This document shows positions 44,883-56,696 of a stretch of 64,000 nt of DNA, one piece after another (the stretch's first letter is position 1; each line of letters starts with the position of its first letter). Source of the DNA: Calditrichia bacterium (GTDB lineage: Bacteria; Calditrichota; Calditrichia; JAJRVZ01). A model generated the notes under the pieces. The model did not search any database. It was not told the origin of the DNA and saw only the letters and a program-made list of their open reading frames with translations. The stretch lies in the NCBI GenBank assembly GCA_963796965.1, contig CAWCNS010000006.1, positions 192,001 through 256,000 of the forward strand, written 5' to 3'. The translations under genes and the position numbers were made by a program.

Positions 44883-44898
44883 TGTGATCAAAATCATC
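44883..44898 (+). promoter_or_regulatory. Possible CRP/FNR-family binding site
   Basis: TGTGA-TCAAAA-TCATC versus CRP TGTGA-N6-TCACA, about 60 bp upstream of the ATG at 44956. Confidence 0.3.
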
Positions 44899-44955
44899 GA
44901 CCGTAATCCCTAAAGCGCGTACATTTTTGCTAGATTAACCCAAGGGAGGTATCTT

Positions 44956-46097
44956 ATGTATAGACTAAGGAAGAGAAAGTTACCATTCTTTATATTCATT
45001 TTTCTTTTTGCAACACTTTGCACCCTTTCGTTTGGGCAGTCGACGGGTCCTCAATTAGACCTTCAACTTGCACCTACACTTGAGCTAGCCCAGGTGGTAT
45101 ACACCTCAGATTTTGATTTTTATCAACAGGGGGCCACCACTTTCCTGTTTCAAATCACACTGATTGGAGGTAATAGCCCGGTTGATGGTCTTTTGGTAGT
45201 TGAGATCCTGCAGGGTGACATGATTCTTGCCCGAGCCCAAACCACCTCATTTAGATTATTGGCCGGTGAACCTATTAGCGCATCCAATATTGAGCTCAGT
45301 AATGGTATAATAACGCAAAGTGGTGATGAAATTCGACTTGATGAAGGCCAGACCTCTGCCCCCACAGACAATTTTGAAAATGAAGTCTTAAGCGGAGGAA
45401 AGCTCCCAGGGGTACCTATCAGTTTATTGCCTACTTCAGCTATAATAATGGTCAACAGGCATTTGCTCAACCTCTCCGACTTGATATTCTCAATCCGACA
45501 TTCATCCGGCCAATCAATCCTGGATTCCGGGCTGGAAGTGGATCCTTTGATATTGTCTATTCTCAATTTCCTACATTCCAGTTTGAAAGTGATTTTGACC
45601 CCACAGTTGCCGTGGAACCCCCTTTTCACGTCCAAATATTTAAAAAACTGGACCAACACCATTCTGTAGATGAAATATTAACCTCTACGCCGCATTATGA
45701 TGAATGGATGTATGAGACAGTATTCGCCTATCCTCCCGGAGGTGTGGTCCCTCTTGATCCTGGCGTTTATGCATGGCGGATTCAGCTAAGATATCTAACT
45801 ACCAGTGGATCAGAAACTATTGATTCTCCCGTATATGCCTTTCGAGTAGAAGATCCAACCAATATGAGTATGTATGGTGATGAAAGTCTTAAAGAAGATA
45901 TTATGCGCTTTTTTCTGGATCTTTCCGAAGATAAGGATAAGGGAAGGGAAGTAGCCGAAATGTTAAGCGACTATAATCTCGTGGCCATCAGATTAAATGG
46001 ACAGGAGATAACTAAACAACGTTTTTATAAAATTCTGGATGAATATGACGTCGAGTTCAGAACCTTAACCGAACTAATGTTAACGCCTACTCAATGA
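44956..46097 (+). CDS. Secreted beta-rich hypothetical protein, ~380 aa after joining the frameshift near 45410
   Basis: GGGAGG RBS and signal peptide; after GGKLP the shifted frame reads GTYQFIAYF...SQFPTFQFE...VEPPF straight into ORF 45612..46097. Confidence 0.75.
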
Positions 46098-46108
46098 GAG
46101 GGTAAGCC

Positions 46109-46813
46109 ATGAAATCAAAACTAAAGATATTTATTATATTTATAATTCTGACCTTCGTTTTTACTATTCAGTTAGGGATGAGTGCAAGTCCTATCGCTGT
46201 AGTAGTAAAAGTGAAAGGTAAGGTATACGTTCTGAAAGACGGTGATAAAGCCAAGGCGACGACACCAAAACGTGGTTTCAGACTTGAAAATGGCGATAAG
46301 ATTATAACCGATAAAAAAAGTTATGCGGCCCTTCGTTTTATTGATGATAATAGTTCAGTGCGGATCCGTGCCAATTCGACCTGCTTTATAAGAGGGAAGA
46401 AGGAAAAAAATGAAATTTTTAAAAACATCCAGCTGGAAGTTGGTACGATCCTCGCTCGGGTAACCAAACAAAAAGGTAAATTCGAAGTTTCTACCCCTAC
46501 TTCAGTTGCAAGTGTCAAAGGAACGGGATTTATAGCAGATCATCGACCGGAGTTAAAAAAGGGTAGCTATTTTTATGGTTTAGAAGGAACTGTCGAGATC
46601 AAGAGTGATGGCGGCACCGGCCTGCTCCATGCAAATGAAACCGGACATGTGGCTTCCAAGTCAAGCCCGCCAATAATCAGAAAAACGACTAAAGGTGAAG
46701 TGCCATTATTTGAAGAAGATGATGATGATGATGATCTTTTTGAATTCGAATTTCAAAATGATGGCGGTCAAAAACAGATCCTGAAGTTTAAGGTCGAAAA
46801 GGTAGAAAAATAA
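46109..46813 (+). CDS. FecR-domain protein
   Basis: Signal/TM, VKGKV, LENGDKIIT, ALRFIDD, FEVSTPTSVASVKGTGF, EGTVEI. Confidence 0.85.
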   Translation: MKSKLKIFIIFIILTFVFTIQLGMSASPIAVVVKVKGKVYVLKDGDKAKATTPKRGFRLENGDKIITDKKSYAALRFIDDNSSVRIRANSTCFIRGKKEKNEIFKNIQLEVGTILARVTKQKGKFEVSTPTSVASVKGTGFIADHRPELKKGSYFYGLEGTVEIKSDGGTGLLHANETGHVASKSSPPIIRKTTKGEVPLFEEDDDDDDLFEFEFQNDGGQKQILKFKVEKVEK

Positions 46814-46859
46814 TATCCTCAGGTTGCTCTTTTAGAGAACAATGGAAAGACAAAAAACA

Positions 46860-46895
46860 TAGGGTTGGATAAGAAATAACAATAATCCAACCCTA
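46860..46895. other. Intergenic inverted repeat (RNA stem or operator)
   Basis: TAGGGTTGGAT ... ATCCAACCCTA, perfect 11-bp arms. Confidence 0.6.
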
Positions 46896-47031
46896 AAACA
46901 GGGCCAAGATTTTTATAAATCCTTTTGTCTTTACCGGCTGTTTAAAAATGTCTTAGTTAAACATAGATTTTTTCATTATAATACGTTCAAGAACTTATCT
47001 AATCATATACTATTTTATAAAGGGGTCTGGC

Positions 47032-49429
47032 ATGAGAACTCTAATTACTTTCTTATGTGCTCTGTTTGTTGTTTCATCAGCATTCGCCTCATCAGAAAAT
47101 CTAATGTTTTTTCATACAACACCAGCAGGGGTCATCCGAGGAGAAGAGGCAAAAATTGAAATAATGCTGCCCGGCATTGGCTCTGAAATATATGACTTTT
47201 ATCTGTTTTACCGGGAACTTGGTGAAACGGATTATAAGTCTATTCCCATGACCAGCCAGGGATTATTGTTTTATGCGAATGTGAAAACATCACAATTTAC
47301 CACAAACCAGATGCAATATTATATTGCCTTTGAAGGCAGTCTTGGGGAGATTGGCACTTTGCCGGAAGAGATGGCTGAATTTAATCCATATATTATGGAA
47401 ATATCGCCCGCACCCGTTCTTCAGGATGGTGGCCCTATAGAAATAGTTGTATTGAGCCCACTGCCGGATGAAGTTGTTTCAGAACAAGATTTTCTGGTAG
47501 CCGTTTCCATGTATTCCGAGAAAGAAAAAATTGAATATGGAAATACAAAACTCATATTTGATGGCGTTAATATTAGAAATAACATCGATTTTAGTGATGG
47601 TGTTGTAACGTTTGCCCCGCCTCCCGGTTATAGTATGCGAGGTGGATTTCATAATGTTGAAGTGCAGGTCTTCAATGCGTCCGGTGTAATGGTAGGAAAG
47701 AAAGAATGGTCTTTTCAATCCACTCAAAGTATTCAATCTTCTGGCACATCGTTTTTTCGGGGGTCAGCATTTCTCGAGGACCGCTATCAAAATATAGCAA
47801 AACAATCAGATAATTTCTTTAGAGGTGGTGCCGAAGTTTCTGGTACACAAAATGATTTAGATTACCGTGCCCGTTTGGTTTTTTCCTCCGAAGAAGATCC
47901 ATCCCGTCAGCCTGTTAACCGTTATGGGGCTAAAATTCAATATAATTTTTCAGAGGATAATAATATCTATCTTTATGGGGGAGATTTTAATCCCTATTAT
48001 AATCCACTTGTCCTAATGGACAAACGGGTACGCGGACTACAAGTTGGATTAGCCTTCGGCTTTTTTACTTTTGACTATATTCTCGGAGAATTAACCCGCG
48101 GTATCAATGGAAGAGTGGATACACTTTCTTCCGGGGGTATTGACCAGCTAATTCCTGTTGGGGGTGTCTATAAAAAAAGTATGTGGGCAATTCGTCCCGG
48201 GTTTCGGTTCGGAGATAATGTTTGGTGGACACTTCATCTTATAAATGCCAAAGACGATTCTACTTCTATCGATATTGGAAGTAATGTTAGACAGTCGGTA
48301 TCATTTGGAACCGACCTGAATATGAAATTTGACAATAGAAGAATTCTTTTGGATGCCAGTTTCAATTCAAGCATAAATAATACCAATGCTGACATGCAGA
48401 CAATTAGTTGGGATACCCTGGCAGAATATGATGAAAGTCTTAGACAAAACGATGGTGCTAAACAGGCCTGGGATTTCCTGGAGAGCACAGGCTGGCTTTC
48501 AATGACCCAGGGGCTAAACCCTTTACCCAGTTATGCCATGCAGATTTGACGCTGTTTTTCGTTATTTTAACAATAATTTGAAAGTCCAGTATTACCTCAT
48601 TGACAGAAATTTTGCCAATCCGGGTAATCCATATTTGCTGAAGGATGTTTCCGGATTTCATATCAGCGACAATATTCGCCTTGTTGACAATCAGGTCTTC
48701 CTAACCCTATTTTATAAAAATTATACGACCGATAAATCATTGGATGACGAATCGACCAGCAACAATGAATTAGGTGCTGCGATCTCTTATTATCCTTTTA
48801 CATCTTTACCTTCACTTACCATTAGCTATTCAAATTTAAGTCGATCTAACTCGGTATCAGAGTCTGATACATTGTTTTACCAAATCGATAATTCAACCCA
48901 GCGACTTTCTTTTAATACGAGCTATAAAATGCGGCTTTCTGGTACTGATAATACCTTTATGTTAAACTACACCAATTATGGCCGCGATGATCAGATATAT
49001 CCCACCTCGCAAAGTGATTTTAGTCTTTATGGTATAGGCGTAAGAACAACTTTTAGTATCCCATTAACAACCAGGATAAATTACTCAAATTCTGAAAATG
49101 ATATCGGAAGAGACTCTGCTGTTAATCAGACCACAACAACTGTCAGCACACTACGGGCAGGTCTTGATTATGTAATGTCCGGTTTTATGTCCAATGACTT
49201 CTTTAAACCATTTTTTGATTACAGATGGCAAAATGTGACAACAGAGCGCAATACGGCTGGAACTCCCTCCAATTTTGAAACAGCACGTAATAATTATACA
49301 ATTGGATTAGCTTACCAGAGCAGTGTACTTGGGATTCTGTCTCTACGCTATGATCATATTAGCTACGGTAGTGAAGAAATTGATTTTGATGATTCGATTT
49401 TGAATTTCCGATATACCTATAGTTTCTAA
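47032..49429 (+). CDS. Large outer-membrane beta-barrel protein with N-terminal Ig-like domains, ~800 aa, frameshift near 48540
   Basis: Signal peptide (SAFA), beta-rich N-part, amphipathic strands, terminal NFRYTYSF BAM-type signature. Confidence 0.75.
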
Positions 49430-49493
49430 TAATACAAAATCATAAAATGAGGATATATCCCATCGATGAATGATCGGTGGGGTATTTAAAATT

Positions 49494-51663
49494 ATGGCCG
49501 GAAAAAAGCAAAAACACAAAGAAAATCTGCTCGTTTCAATTTCAGTTGCTATTGTAGCAATTTTATTTGCAGTCTTTATTGCTCAAACGACTACTTTTCT
49601 ATCTCTTGAACATGATTTACTGGATTATCGGTTTAAATTAAGAGGTGCTTTGGATATTTCTGATTCACCAATTGTAATTCTGGCCATCGATGATCAATCT
49701 GACGAATCTACACCCGCCCGTTGGCCATGGCCGAGAGAATACTTTGCCCATGTAATTGATAACTTAAATGATGCAGGAGTTAAAGGCAATCGGAATAGAT
49801 GTAATCTTTGAACAGGCAGATTATAATGTCGGTGGAACTGCTTCTGATCAGGCTTTTGCAGATATGTTACAAAAATACGATAATGTTGTCTTAGCCGGCA
49901 AGTTAGTTGTACCACAAGGAAGAGCAGATATAGTTACATTAGTTCCTCCTTATGAAACATTTTTAGAGACAGGTACAGATTGGGGATTGGTTTCCTTTGA
50001 TCTTGATGAGGACGGTTTTTACAGACGATATCTCGTCGGTCAATCTTTTAACGATAGTGTTTATGCTTCTTTTGCTGCATCTCTTGTAAAAATATATAAA
50101 GATCTCGATCCCAACCTGGAAATAGAGGATCTTGAAGATGAATTTGAAATCGGCCCTTATTCAATTCCAAAGTATAACACCTATTCTTCAATCATTAACT
50201 ATGTAGGCCCGTCCGGAACTTTCAACGGTATTCATTTGATGCCGTTCTTGATGATATCGATTTTGATCTGATCGAAGATTATGATCTTGATAGTTTCGAC
50301 GACCCCGGAGATGAAGAATTGGGACTCCCTCCTGGCTTTACTACATTCTGGCATATTAAAAGATAAGATTGTTCTGATCGGATCAACTGTTCAGGAGCAA
50401 CATGATGATTTTCCAACACCCTTTCTTGAAGTACGAGATGAAGAAGATCGATTAGTACAGGTTTTAACTTATGGGGTAGAAATTCATGCCAATATGCTTC
50501 AAATGATCTTAGATGAGAATTATCTCTATAAAATACCTGTTATATGGGAATTTTTCATTTTGTTAGTTATCGTCTTTTGGTATTTTTTGATTGCACGGTT
50601 TTTTCGAACCTTTTGGGGTCTTTTTGCTGTACTTGTGTTGGCCCTTGGATTTTTTGTTTTCTCATTTTTGATGTTTAGCAACTGGCAAAATATCCTTGAA
50701 ATAAGTACCCCCATTCTTGTAATAATGTTCTCATTTGCTGGACATACTATTTACCACTATATAATATCCCAACGTGAAAAAAGAATGATCACTGGTGCAT
50801 TTAAACACTATGTCCCACAGAAAGTTGTAGACCAAATCATTGAAAATCCGGATAAATTAACGCTTGGAGGCGAGGAGCGGGTCGTTACGGTTATGTTTAC
50901 TGATGTTGCCGGATTTACTTCTATTTCTGAAAAATTATCACCTGCCCAACTGGTCCAATTGCTAAATGAATATTTAACTGAAATGACTGATACTGTGCTT
51001 AGAGAATGAGGGTATCATTGATAAATATGAAGGTGATGCGATCATGGCTGAATTTGGTGTACCGGTACATTATGACAATCATGCCTATATGGCCTGTAAG
51101 ACAGCTCTCGAGATGCAAAAGAAATTAAAAATTCTTAGGAAAAATGGAAAACAGAGGATCGTCCCCAATTAAAAGCACGGATTGGAATCAATACAGGTGA
51201 GGTTATTATTGGCAATATGGGATCCCGAGATGTGTTTGATTATACAGTAATGGGTGATCATGTGAATCTAGGTTCACGGCTTGAAGGTGCAAATAAATTT
51301 TATGGCACATATATTATGATTAGTGAGTTTACTTATCAACATGTTAAAGATGACTTTTATACCCGTGAACTTGATCTTATTCGAGTCAAGGGTAAAGAAC
51401 AACCTATCCGCGTGTTCGAACTTCTTTCCTTGTAAAAGACAAAGTAAGTGATGAATTTCTGAAAATGTTAGACATCTACAAAACGGGCATTGCGCATTAC
51501 AAAGCACAGGAATGGAATGAAGCCATAAATTGCTTTGAAGCATGTTTGGAACTATTTCCGGAAGATCCTCCATCTACAGAATATCGATCACGATGCATAG
51601 AATACAAATTCAATAGTCCCGGGCCCGGAGTGGGATGGTGTTACGGTAATGAAAGAAAAATAA
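49494..51663 (+). CDS. CHASE2-domain class III adenylate cyclase with C-terminal TPR, multiple frameshifts
   Basis: IVILAIDD..RWPWPR, IGIDVIF, KIVLIG, YGVEIHAN; TM helices; FTDVAGFTSISE, DKYEGDAIMAEFG, RIGINTG, DYTVMGDHVNLGSRLEG; terminal WDGV. Confidence 0.9.
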
Positions 51664-51860
51664 CCGATCCAAAACTTTGGTTTATTTGACAAGTAACCAT
51701 TTTAGTCCATTGTATTTATCAGATCTCAAGCCCTGTATCTATCATGCCTTTTGCTGGGATTTTTGACAATCTTGTCAACCTGTCATAATTAGGGCACCTA
51801 TCCTTACCTCAATAATTCCTTTCAACAAATGAGATCCTGATTTTTGCCTTTTATTAATAT

Positions 51861-51889
51861 TTGACATATCTTTAATTTTTTCTTAGTTT
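51861..51889 (+). promoter_or_regulatory. Sigma70-like promoter upstream of porX
   Basis: TTGACA-17 nt-TAGTTT, 23 bp upstream of ATG 51913. Confidence 0.45.
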
Positions 51890-51912
51890 ATTCGATTTTT
51901 GGAGACTTATAA

Positions 51913-53475
51913 ATGCAGAAAAAACAAATACTCTGGGCAGATGATGAAATTGATTTACTTCAGCCCCACATCATGTTTCTTCAGTCAAAGGGCTATGATG
52001 TTGACACGGTGACCAATGGTGATGATGCTCTTGCAAAAGTAGCTGAAAAACATTACCATATTGTTTTCTTGATGAAATGATGAGTGGGAAGGATGGTTTA
52101 GCAACACTTCAGAAAATCAAATCTTCAAGTCCTCAAACACCTGTAATAATGATAACAAAGAGTGAAGAAGAAAGTTTGATGGAAGATGCAATTGGACAGA
52201 AGATAGATGATTATTTGACAAAACCTGTAAATCCAAGCCAGATATTAATGGCCTGCAAAAAAATTCTTGATAGCAAAGAAATTGCCAGTGAAAAACGAAG
52301 CGTTCAATATGCCCAGGAATTTCAGCAAATATCAACCAATTACTAAATCCTCTTTCAGAAAAAGAATGGATTGAACTCAATATAAAATTATGTAATCTGG
52401 ATGTTGAACTGGACTACCTTGGCTGAACCGGCTTTTCGAGAAATATTGTATGATCAGCGACGTGAATGTAATGTTGAATTTGGAAAGTTTATTGAAAAAA
52501 AATATGCGAACTGGGTTCAGGGATAGAGAGAATTCTCCCGAAATTATCTGTAGATATTGTTAAAAGATCATGTGATCCCTGAACTTAAAAAAGGGAACAA
52601 AGATTGTATTTCTAGTCATAGATTGTATGCGATCTGGACCAATGGTTAACCTTGAAACTTACTTCTATCCCTATTTTAATCTTGAAAGAGATTATTATTA
52701 TTCAATTTTGCCAACAGCAACACCTTTTTCCCGAAATGCTATATTTAGTGGCTTTTTCCTGAAGAAATAGAAAAAAAATATCCGGAATTATGGACAACAG
52801 ATGATGAGGATGAAAGTAGTTTAAATAAATATGAGAAAGAGTTGCTCGAGCAGAATTTTATCAGAAATGGATTTCAGTCAAATCAATGAAATTCGATATG
52901 TCAAAATTATGAATAATGAAGATGCTCATAATCTTGAAAAAAATATAAAATCATTCCTGGATGTTGAAGTCGTAGCAATTGTATTAAATTTTGTTGATAT
53001 ACTTGCCCATAGCCGTTCTGATTTACCAATTCTTAAAGGAGATTGCACCAGATGAATCTGCCTATCGTTCATTGACAAAAAGTTGGTTTGAACATTCTCC
53101 GATGTATAATGTTATTAAGGAAATTTCGAAATCTGATCATCTTTTATTTATTACAACCGATCATGGAAGTGTAAGGGGTATGAGAGGAACAAAAGTTCTC
53201 GGTGATCGTGAAACTTCAACAAATTTGCGATATAAATATGGCCGAAGTCTAAAGGTGGATAAAAAAAATGCAATATTATATAAAAAATCCTGACAGAATA
53301 TAAGTTGCCCCGAAGAGGTATAAATACAACATATATCATTGCAAAAGAAGATTATTATTTTATTTATCCAACAAATTATTATAAATTTCTAAATTATTAT
53401 AAAGATAGTTTTCAGCATGGCGGAGCATCACTGGAGGAAATGATACTTCCATTTATCCGCCTTGATCCTAAATAA
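51913..53475 (+). CDS. porX: PorX-like response regulator (REC plus PglZ/alkaline-phosphatase domain), heavily frameshifted
   Basis: [87 protein letters not shown]. Confidence 0.85.
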
Positions 53476-53478
53476 GAA

Positions 53479-53928
53479 ATGCAAAAAAAACTACTGATAG
53501 AACGAAGAAGCTCATCATTGCAGGGATACGATCAAATTTGCAGAAGAGGCTGTAGATATTTTAATGAAGGTGATACTATATTATTTTATGGTAATCTTGG
53601 GAAGCGGAAAAACATTTTTAACACGCGAATTTGTCGCGGTTACTTGGATCTGAGAAGAAGTTTCAAGCCCCTCTTTCTCATTAATAAATCGATATGAAGG
53701 AAAGACTATTATAAATCATATTGATTTATACAGAATTACATGATGAAACTGAACTTAATGAATCTTGGCCTGGAAGATATTTTTTTTTCAGACGAAATAA
53801 ATTTTATCGAATGGCCAGAGAATTATAGAAGCTAAAAATTCACTGGGCACATTTTCAGATTGAAATAAAAACAAAACCAAAAAATATGTAACTGGAGAAA
53901 GTTTAGGCTGTTTGAGATTTATGAATGA
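53479..53928 (+). CDS. tsaE: t6A ATPase TsaE, frameshifted
   Basis: GNLG.GKT, SPSFSLI, HIDLYR, FIEWP fragments; porX-tsaE-tsaB order. Confidence 0.78.
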
Positions 53929-54593
53929 TCATGTCGTTCTTGGCATTGAAACATCGGGTATACTTATGTAGCGTCGCCTGGTGGCAGGATAATGAGATAT
54001 TGCTGGAATATAATTTTGAAAGAAAAAATGCCCACGGTACTTTATTGGCAAATCTGGTAGAAGATGGATTAAAGAAATTGAAATTATCCCCAAGTCATAG
54101 GTCATGTTGCTGTCGGTGCTGGTCCGGGTTCATTTACAGGTCTTCGTATCGGTATGTCCTATGCGAAAGGGTTTTGTCTTGGAATAGATATTCCTCTCAT
54201 CCCAGTAACAAATTTTGATGTTCTTGCTTATTCTGGGAAGAGTCACAATGGTCTTCTTCTTGTTCTTATTGAGGCTAGAAAAGGATATTATTATGTGGCA
54301 AAATATTTACTGACGGATCATCAGTACCAAATGTGCAATATCTTGCCGAAGCCAGTAAAATCGTGGAGAGTCTTGATTCAGATAACAAGTTAGTTGTACA
54401 TGAAGAAATCACCAAGGGATATTTAAACAATTTGACACCTGATTTTATTATTTTAGATCAGGGTGAATACAGTGCTGCCACTATTTGTGCCATCGGGCAT
54501 TTGAATTACAATCAGAATAATGTACTGCATATTGATGATATAGAACCACTCTATCTTCAACCCTTTGCTGGTGTATATGAGCCGTATTTTTAG
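53921..54593 (+). CDS. tsaB: t6A complex subunit TsaB, frameshifted; 3' end approximate
   Basis: VLGIETS, AVGAGPGSFTGLRIGMSYAKG, IEAR, IEPLYL. Confidence 0.88.
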
Positions 54594-55015
54594 GCCAATG
54601 ACTGAAAATGATATTGTAGATGTATTTAAAATAGAGTGTGATCTTTTTCCTGATCCCTGGCCGGCAAAAGCCTTTTTATCAGAAATTGAACAAGGAAATA
54701 TTTCTTTTCCGTTTATAGTTGAAGAAAACAATGAAATAATCGGTTATATTGTTTGCTGGTATTATCATACTGAATTACATATCGGCAATATCGCTGTTGT
54801 TGCGTCAAAACAAGGTAAAGGTATTGGGAGATATTTACTTAGATACAATTTTTGAATATTTTAAAGATTGTAAAACAGCATTTCTGGAAGTTAAGGAAAC
54901 TAATAATAGGGCTATAAATCTTTACAAGACGTATGGTTTTCATATTGCCTATACGCGAATACGTTATTATCCCAATGGGGATAATGCATTAGTGATGATT
55001 AAAACAATAGAGTAA
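54577..55015 (+). CDS. rimI: Ribosomal-protein alanine N-acetyltransferase, frameshifted
   Basis: FPDPW, HIGNIAV..QGKGIG, FLEVKETN.RA.NLY..YGF, RYYPNGDNA. Confidence 0.88.
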
Positions 55016-55034
55016 AACAATTCAAGGATAAATA

Positions 55035-55895
55035 ATGGATTGGTTTAAAAGAAAAAAAGAAACTCTTCAACCCGTTGACAGAAAAGAAATGCCTGATGGA
55101 TTATGGGTTAAATGCGATGAATGTGGTGAAATTATCTATAAAAAAGAATTGGAAAAAAAACTATATGTTTGCGCTAAATGTGATCACCATTTTAGAATAG
55201 GACATAAAGTTTATATAAAAATTATTAGTAGATAAAGGGACCTTTAAGGAATTTAATCAAACAATAACTTCTGCTGATCCATTAAAATTTAAAGATAGTA
55301 AAAAATATGTGGATCGTTATAAAGCGGCTGTAGATAAAACTGGTATAAATGAGGCGGTTATCACTGGAAAAGGCAAAATAGAGGGCATATGCTGTTGTTC
55401 TTAGTGATTATGGATTTTTCCTTTCTTGGCGGGAGTATGGGATCTGTTGTTGGTGAAAAGATATCGCGTGCTGCAGATATCGCCCTGAAAGAAAAAAAGC
55501 CATTTATAATCCTTTCCTCATCCGGAGGTGCACGAATGCAGGAAGGGGTACTTAGTTTGATGCAAATGGCAAAAACAAGCGCAAAATTGGCACTCCTAGC
55601 CGAAGCAAAAATTCCATATATCTCAATTCTTACCCACCCTACCACCGGAGGTACTACCGCCAGTTATGCGATGTTAGGGGATGTTCATATTGCTGAACCT
55701 GGGGCTTTGATCGGATTCGCCGGCCCAAGGGTTATAAAACAAACCATTGGGCAGGACCTTCCGCCTGGTTTTCAGAAATCGGAGTTTTTATTAGAACATG
55801 GATTTGTTGATACAATTGTCCATCGACACGATTTAAAAAATAAATTAGCTGGAATTCTTCGTTTCTTCCAGCACGAAAAGAAAAATTCTTCTTAG
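55035..55895 (+). CDS. accD: Acetyl-CoA carboxylase carboxyltransferase beta subunit, frameshifted
   Basis: [15 protein letters not shown] zinc ribbon, [35 protein letters not shown]. Confidence 0.94.
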
Positions 55896-55938
55896 ACCTA
55901 TCCTGTCTTGAATCACACTTTTCATCTCGAGGCATTTA

Positions 55939-56696
55939 TTGAATATACTTATTACAAACGATGATGGTATCCATGCACCGGGTATTTTTGCTTTAAAAAA
56001 CCATTTGAGTAAGATTGCCAACGTTCTGGTTGTTGCACCCGACACCGAAAGGAGTGCCGTTGGTCATGCTATTACTTTGTCCGATCCGCTCCGAGTATCC
56101 GAGATCGAGAAGGACGGTAAGTTTTTTGGATATGCAGTTAATGGTACACCTGCTGATTGTGTAAAATTGGGACTTAGATGTTTGGCCGAGGAACCTGTTG
56201 ATCTTGTAGCTTCGGGTATTAACATGGGACCTAACACGGCCACCAATGTTATTTATTCCGGTACTGTTTCTGCGGCTGCCGAAGCTGTCATAATGGGAGT
56301 TCCAGGTTTGGCGATCTCTTTACCTCTTTTGATACACCAGAATTTGAATATGCCGGAATTTTGACCCAACAATTAGCTTTAAAAATTTCTCAATTCGGAT
56401 TACCAGAAGGAACTCTGCTTAATGTAAATGTACCACCTCTAAAGCCTCATGAAATTAAGGGAATTGTAATTACACGCCAGGGCAAAGGAAGATTTGAAGA
56501 GTTTTTTGATAAAAGAGTGGACCCCAATAACCGAACTTATTATTGGCTGGCCGGAAAACGTATGAATATTGATCATGAAGAGGATGTTGATGAAGTTGTA
56601 ATCCGGCAGGATAAAGTATCTATAACACCAATACGCTATGATTTAACTGACCTATCAATGTTGGATGAACTTACCCGGTGGAATATTACATTATGA
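55939..56696 (+). CDS. surE: 5'/3'-nucleotidase SurE, frameshifted
   Basis: [37 protein letters not shown]. Confidence 0.94.

Noticed and set aside
44755..44930. Sigma54-like motifs upstream of the cassette (CGGCATGGTTTTTTGA on minus, CGCGTACATTTTTGC on plus)
   Set aside because: The -24/-12 spacing or the GG dinucleotide does not fit as sequenced.
28775..45662. Longer antisense ORFs (28775..29257, 31064..31795, 34693..35043, 45150..45662)
   Set aside because: Fully overlap well-supported genes on the opposite strand and show no motifs.
46718..46735. (GAT)6 as a phase-variation tract
   Set aside because: In-frame triplet encoding poly-Asp; it cannot shift the frame.
51913..53475. PglZ domain as a BREX/Pgl defence system
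   Set aside because: Fused to a receiver domain and followed by tsaE, which is the PorX arrangement; no brxC, pglX or brxL.
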